A stretch of 63,787 nt of DNA, filler included, from Choristocarpus tenellus KU-1152 (Eukaryota; Protista; Phaeophyceae): NCBI GenBank assembly GCA_964200185.2. It is 14 parts of 14 records of this genome, joined end to end, with 100 filler letters (N's around TTAATTAATTAA, not from the genome) between each part and the next. Parts side by side here need not be neighbours in the genome. Positions count along the whole stretch, not along the records: positions 60,927 to 63,787 come from CAXNAD020024144.1; 13 more parts are not named here. One strand, written 5' to 3'. Under the pieces are notes generated by a model. The model had not been told where the DNA came from and made no database searches. It saw nothing but the letters and a program-made list of their open reading frames with translations. Each line of letters begins with the position of its first letter. Position 1 is the first letter of the stretch. Below are positions 61,386 through 63,787 of the stretch, one piece after another. The translations under genes and the position numbers were made by a program.

Positions 61386-62650
61386 AATGGCAACTCCCCC
61401 ATTGACTCCCCCACGTAGGAAGGGTTCCCAAGTGTCCCTGAATACCAGGCTCACAACACGGCATGGCCCTCGCGATGGTCCCTGGTGAGCATAAACTGCC
61501 GTGACACATTGGGGCTTCCCTTGAAGCGAAGTTTGGAGTGTCGGAGTTTTACATGCGAGGGCTCTTGGAGGATGTCGCCGATCAGCTCACCCGTGGCCAC
61601 ACGCTTGACCTAGGGGAGGTGGCACGTAGTGGGCGACCTTCGGAGCTCATACCCATCAAGATGGCCGCAATACATAGTATCAACTTTGGTAATTGGTCAT
61701 CCACAGTTGGTTAGGTAGCAATGAACATGGCCGCCAAGGGGCTCAATTATACCACGAGCACCATAAACGGGTGGTTGGATGATATGGGGGCCATGCCGAA
61801 TCGCCGCTGGATCAAACCCCAGCTCAAATCGTGGCAAGAGGTATGGAGAATGGGCTTTGTTTGCCATCAAGTGGACCGGAAACGTGGTGTGTACGCCTCC
61901 AATGCGAGCACGATCCATGTGGATGAAACCTGGTTTTGCATTATGGCTGATGGGGAAAGGGTTAGGGCATTTCCGCATGAGGATGATAGCGACCTTCCAG
62001 GATCCCCTACTGTGCAGCACAAGAGTCATATCCCCAAAACCATGATCATTGCAGCAAATGCCCGCCCAGATTCGACACACAGCTTTGATGGATAGGTTTG
62101 TGTTTGGCGTGTGTGCGCGCCAAAAATGACAGACAGGACAAGCAAGAACCATAATAAGGGGGATGTGTATGAGCAGGACTGTACTTGCGACCAGTTATTG
62201 CATAGGAAGTGGTACACGGAGGAGTTACTGCCTGCAATCAAGATCAAGATGCCTTGGTTGCAGGGGAAGCACGTTGTTGTTCAGCAAGACATGATGCCAC
62301 CCTCCACACGGGCAAGGGCAGCTTAGAAATCTTGTCAGGGGCAGGGAAGACTGAGGGATGGTCGAATAGGCTTGTGGCGCACCGATCTAACTTCCCCGAC
62401 CTCAATATCATGGACGTGTGCTTCTTCAGGTCTTTGAAATGCCAGGTGATGGGGGAGCGGTTTGAGTCCGTCGAGGAGATGGTGAAGGTCATTAAGGAAC
62501 AGTATGAGGAGTATGATGAAACCACACTTGAGAGGACTTCGCAGATCCTTTTGTGGTGTACAATCTGTTACTTGAACACAAAGAGGGAAATGACTCCAGT
62601 GTGGAGCACACAGGGGTAAGGAAGAGGCGGTTATCTGGTGAGCTCGGAAG
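61386..62650 (+). mobile_element. Tc1/mariner transposase pseudogene, DD39D (plant/stramenopile mariner) type
   Basis: IHVDETWF (D 61922), VQHKSHIPKTMIIAANARP, FDG*VCVW, VVQQD (D 62288), frameshift, NFPDLNIMDVCFFRSLK (D 62413); premature stop at 62093-62095. 5' boundary approximate. Confidence 0.92.
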
Positions 62651-62842
62651 ACGACAGAGGTAGACATGGAGACTTTTTCTGTGTCTGATATAATTGTGAT
62701 CAATGGGGAGTAATAAAAATAGAAAGAGATGATCCTAACCATAAATTCGTCAAGGGTTGCAAATGTTCTTACAGAAATCAATTACATCAACATCTCCAAA
62801 CGTTATCAAAAATGCAGCACACGCTTACGGCATGGAGGTAGT

Positions 62843-62932
62843 CTAATCATAATACTAATCATAATACTAATCATAATCACAATCACAATCCTAATCCTAA
62901 TCCTAATCCTAATCCTAATCCTAATCCTAATC
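62843..62932 (+). repeat. (CTAATC)n microsatellite with variants
   Basis: CTAATCATAATA x2, then CCTAAT x7. Confidence 0.9.
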
Positions 62933-63099
62933 CAGAATTTGTGAACAAAACAAATGTTGATCGCGTTTTGTATAGGATTGTGTTCGTCTAGAGCTCTAGG
63001 GCCCTACAGGACAGTACAGTGAACGTACAATAAGTAGTACAACAATTGAAGGGGTACATGTATCGATGTAATGGTTAGTGTGAGTGTGGCTGGAAGTGG

Positions 63100-63787
63100 G
63101 GGAGGATTTCGAGAACACATATCCAGGAACCAGTGACAGAAATATGGTATTAGTCGCATCCTGGTTTTCCTGAGTGAGAAGGGTGCTGATTTCCCAGTGA
63201 AAAAAGTACGAAACATTGCGAGACCGAGTGATTTGATCCCATGTTTATGGTATGGACATGTCATCCTCTTCATCCTTTAGGAGATTATTCAGTATGCTGA
63301 TTGGCGGTTTCAGCCTCGTCTGTCGATGGCTGTCGTGCTTCTTATATCCAATCAAGCATGTTCGTCTGGAACTTAACGATTTTACACTGCGAAGCGGCAC
63401 ACATCCCATGTCAGTATTTGCTCTGCAACTCACAACTCATGACATAACCCGCTGCCGAGCACATTCTTGTTTGATCCGTTGTGAGGTATGGCGTGTTGGG
63501 CTAGGTTTCTCAACGTACAACACACTTGAGGAGAGAAGAGTGACAGATCAGACCCAACAGCGAAAGAGGGAAGAGGTAGTGCAACTTCTTGTCCACTAGG
63601 ATTAGGTTACATTGTCAAGTGCCGAAGCGAGGATCCCTTTGCTCTCGGGGACCAGATTTAACTCAAACGGATCGTGTCCCCCCGGTCGGTGTCCCATGGC
63701 GGTTATGTGGGGGACGTCAAGAGTGAAACTATCTTTGAGGGTACGAATTTTTCCCTGTTTGTCCATTTGTGGGGCTTGGCTTCCCAT
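63100..63787 (-). mobile_element. Possible decayed non-LTR retrotransposon 3' region
   Basis: PLRSVKSLSSRRTCLIGY resembles the post-RT 'I..RRL...GH' block of LINEs; weak. Confidence 0.25.

Overview
Eukaryotic nuclear DNA: 14 short contigs joined by 13 artificial 100-nt spacers (44 N + TTAATTAATTAA + 44 N), so adjacency across spacers has no biological meaning. GT-AG introns, TTAGGG telomere-type repeats and a nucleus-encoded plastid ribosomal protein L28 with a bipartite signal+transit presequence point to a photosynthetic stramenopile (ochrophyte; brown alga or close relative). Recognisable host genes, whole or partial: MPV17/PMP22 family head-to-head with PHAX, the 3' end of RPB2, the 3' end of an AGC kinase, an ionotropic glutamate receptor, a GH88 exon, a GAF-domain cyclic-nucleotide phosphodiesterase, histone H2A.Z and plastid rpl28. 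Repeats: a 3-copy MITE family with 4-bp target duplications, a DD39D-type mariner pseudogene, a CRE-like non-LTR fragment, decayed Gypsy-like remnants, several minisatellites and a region peppered with telomeric repeats. The most unusual signal is at ~49620-52100: a heavily decayed + strand stretch whose translation across stops and frameshifts gives, in order, RdRp-like motifs, a Cys/His cluster and the SF1 helicase motifs. That is the RdRp-ZBD-HEL1 layout of nidovirus ORF1b. It is interrupted by a host MITE and shares a contig with rpl28, so it is a candidate nidovirus-like endogenous viral element in an alga. All assignments were made by eye, reference motifs are quoted from memory, and no database search was run.
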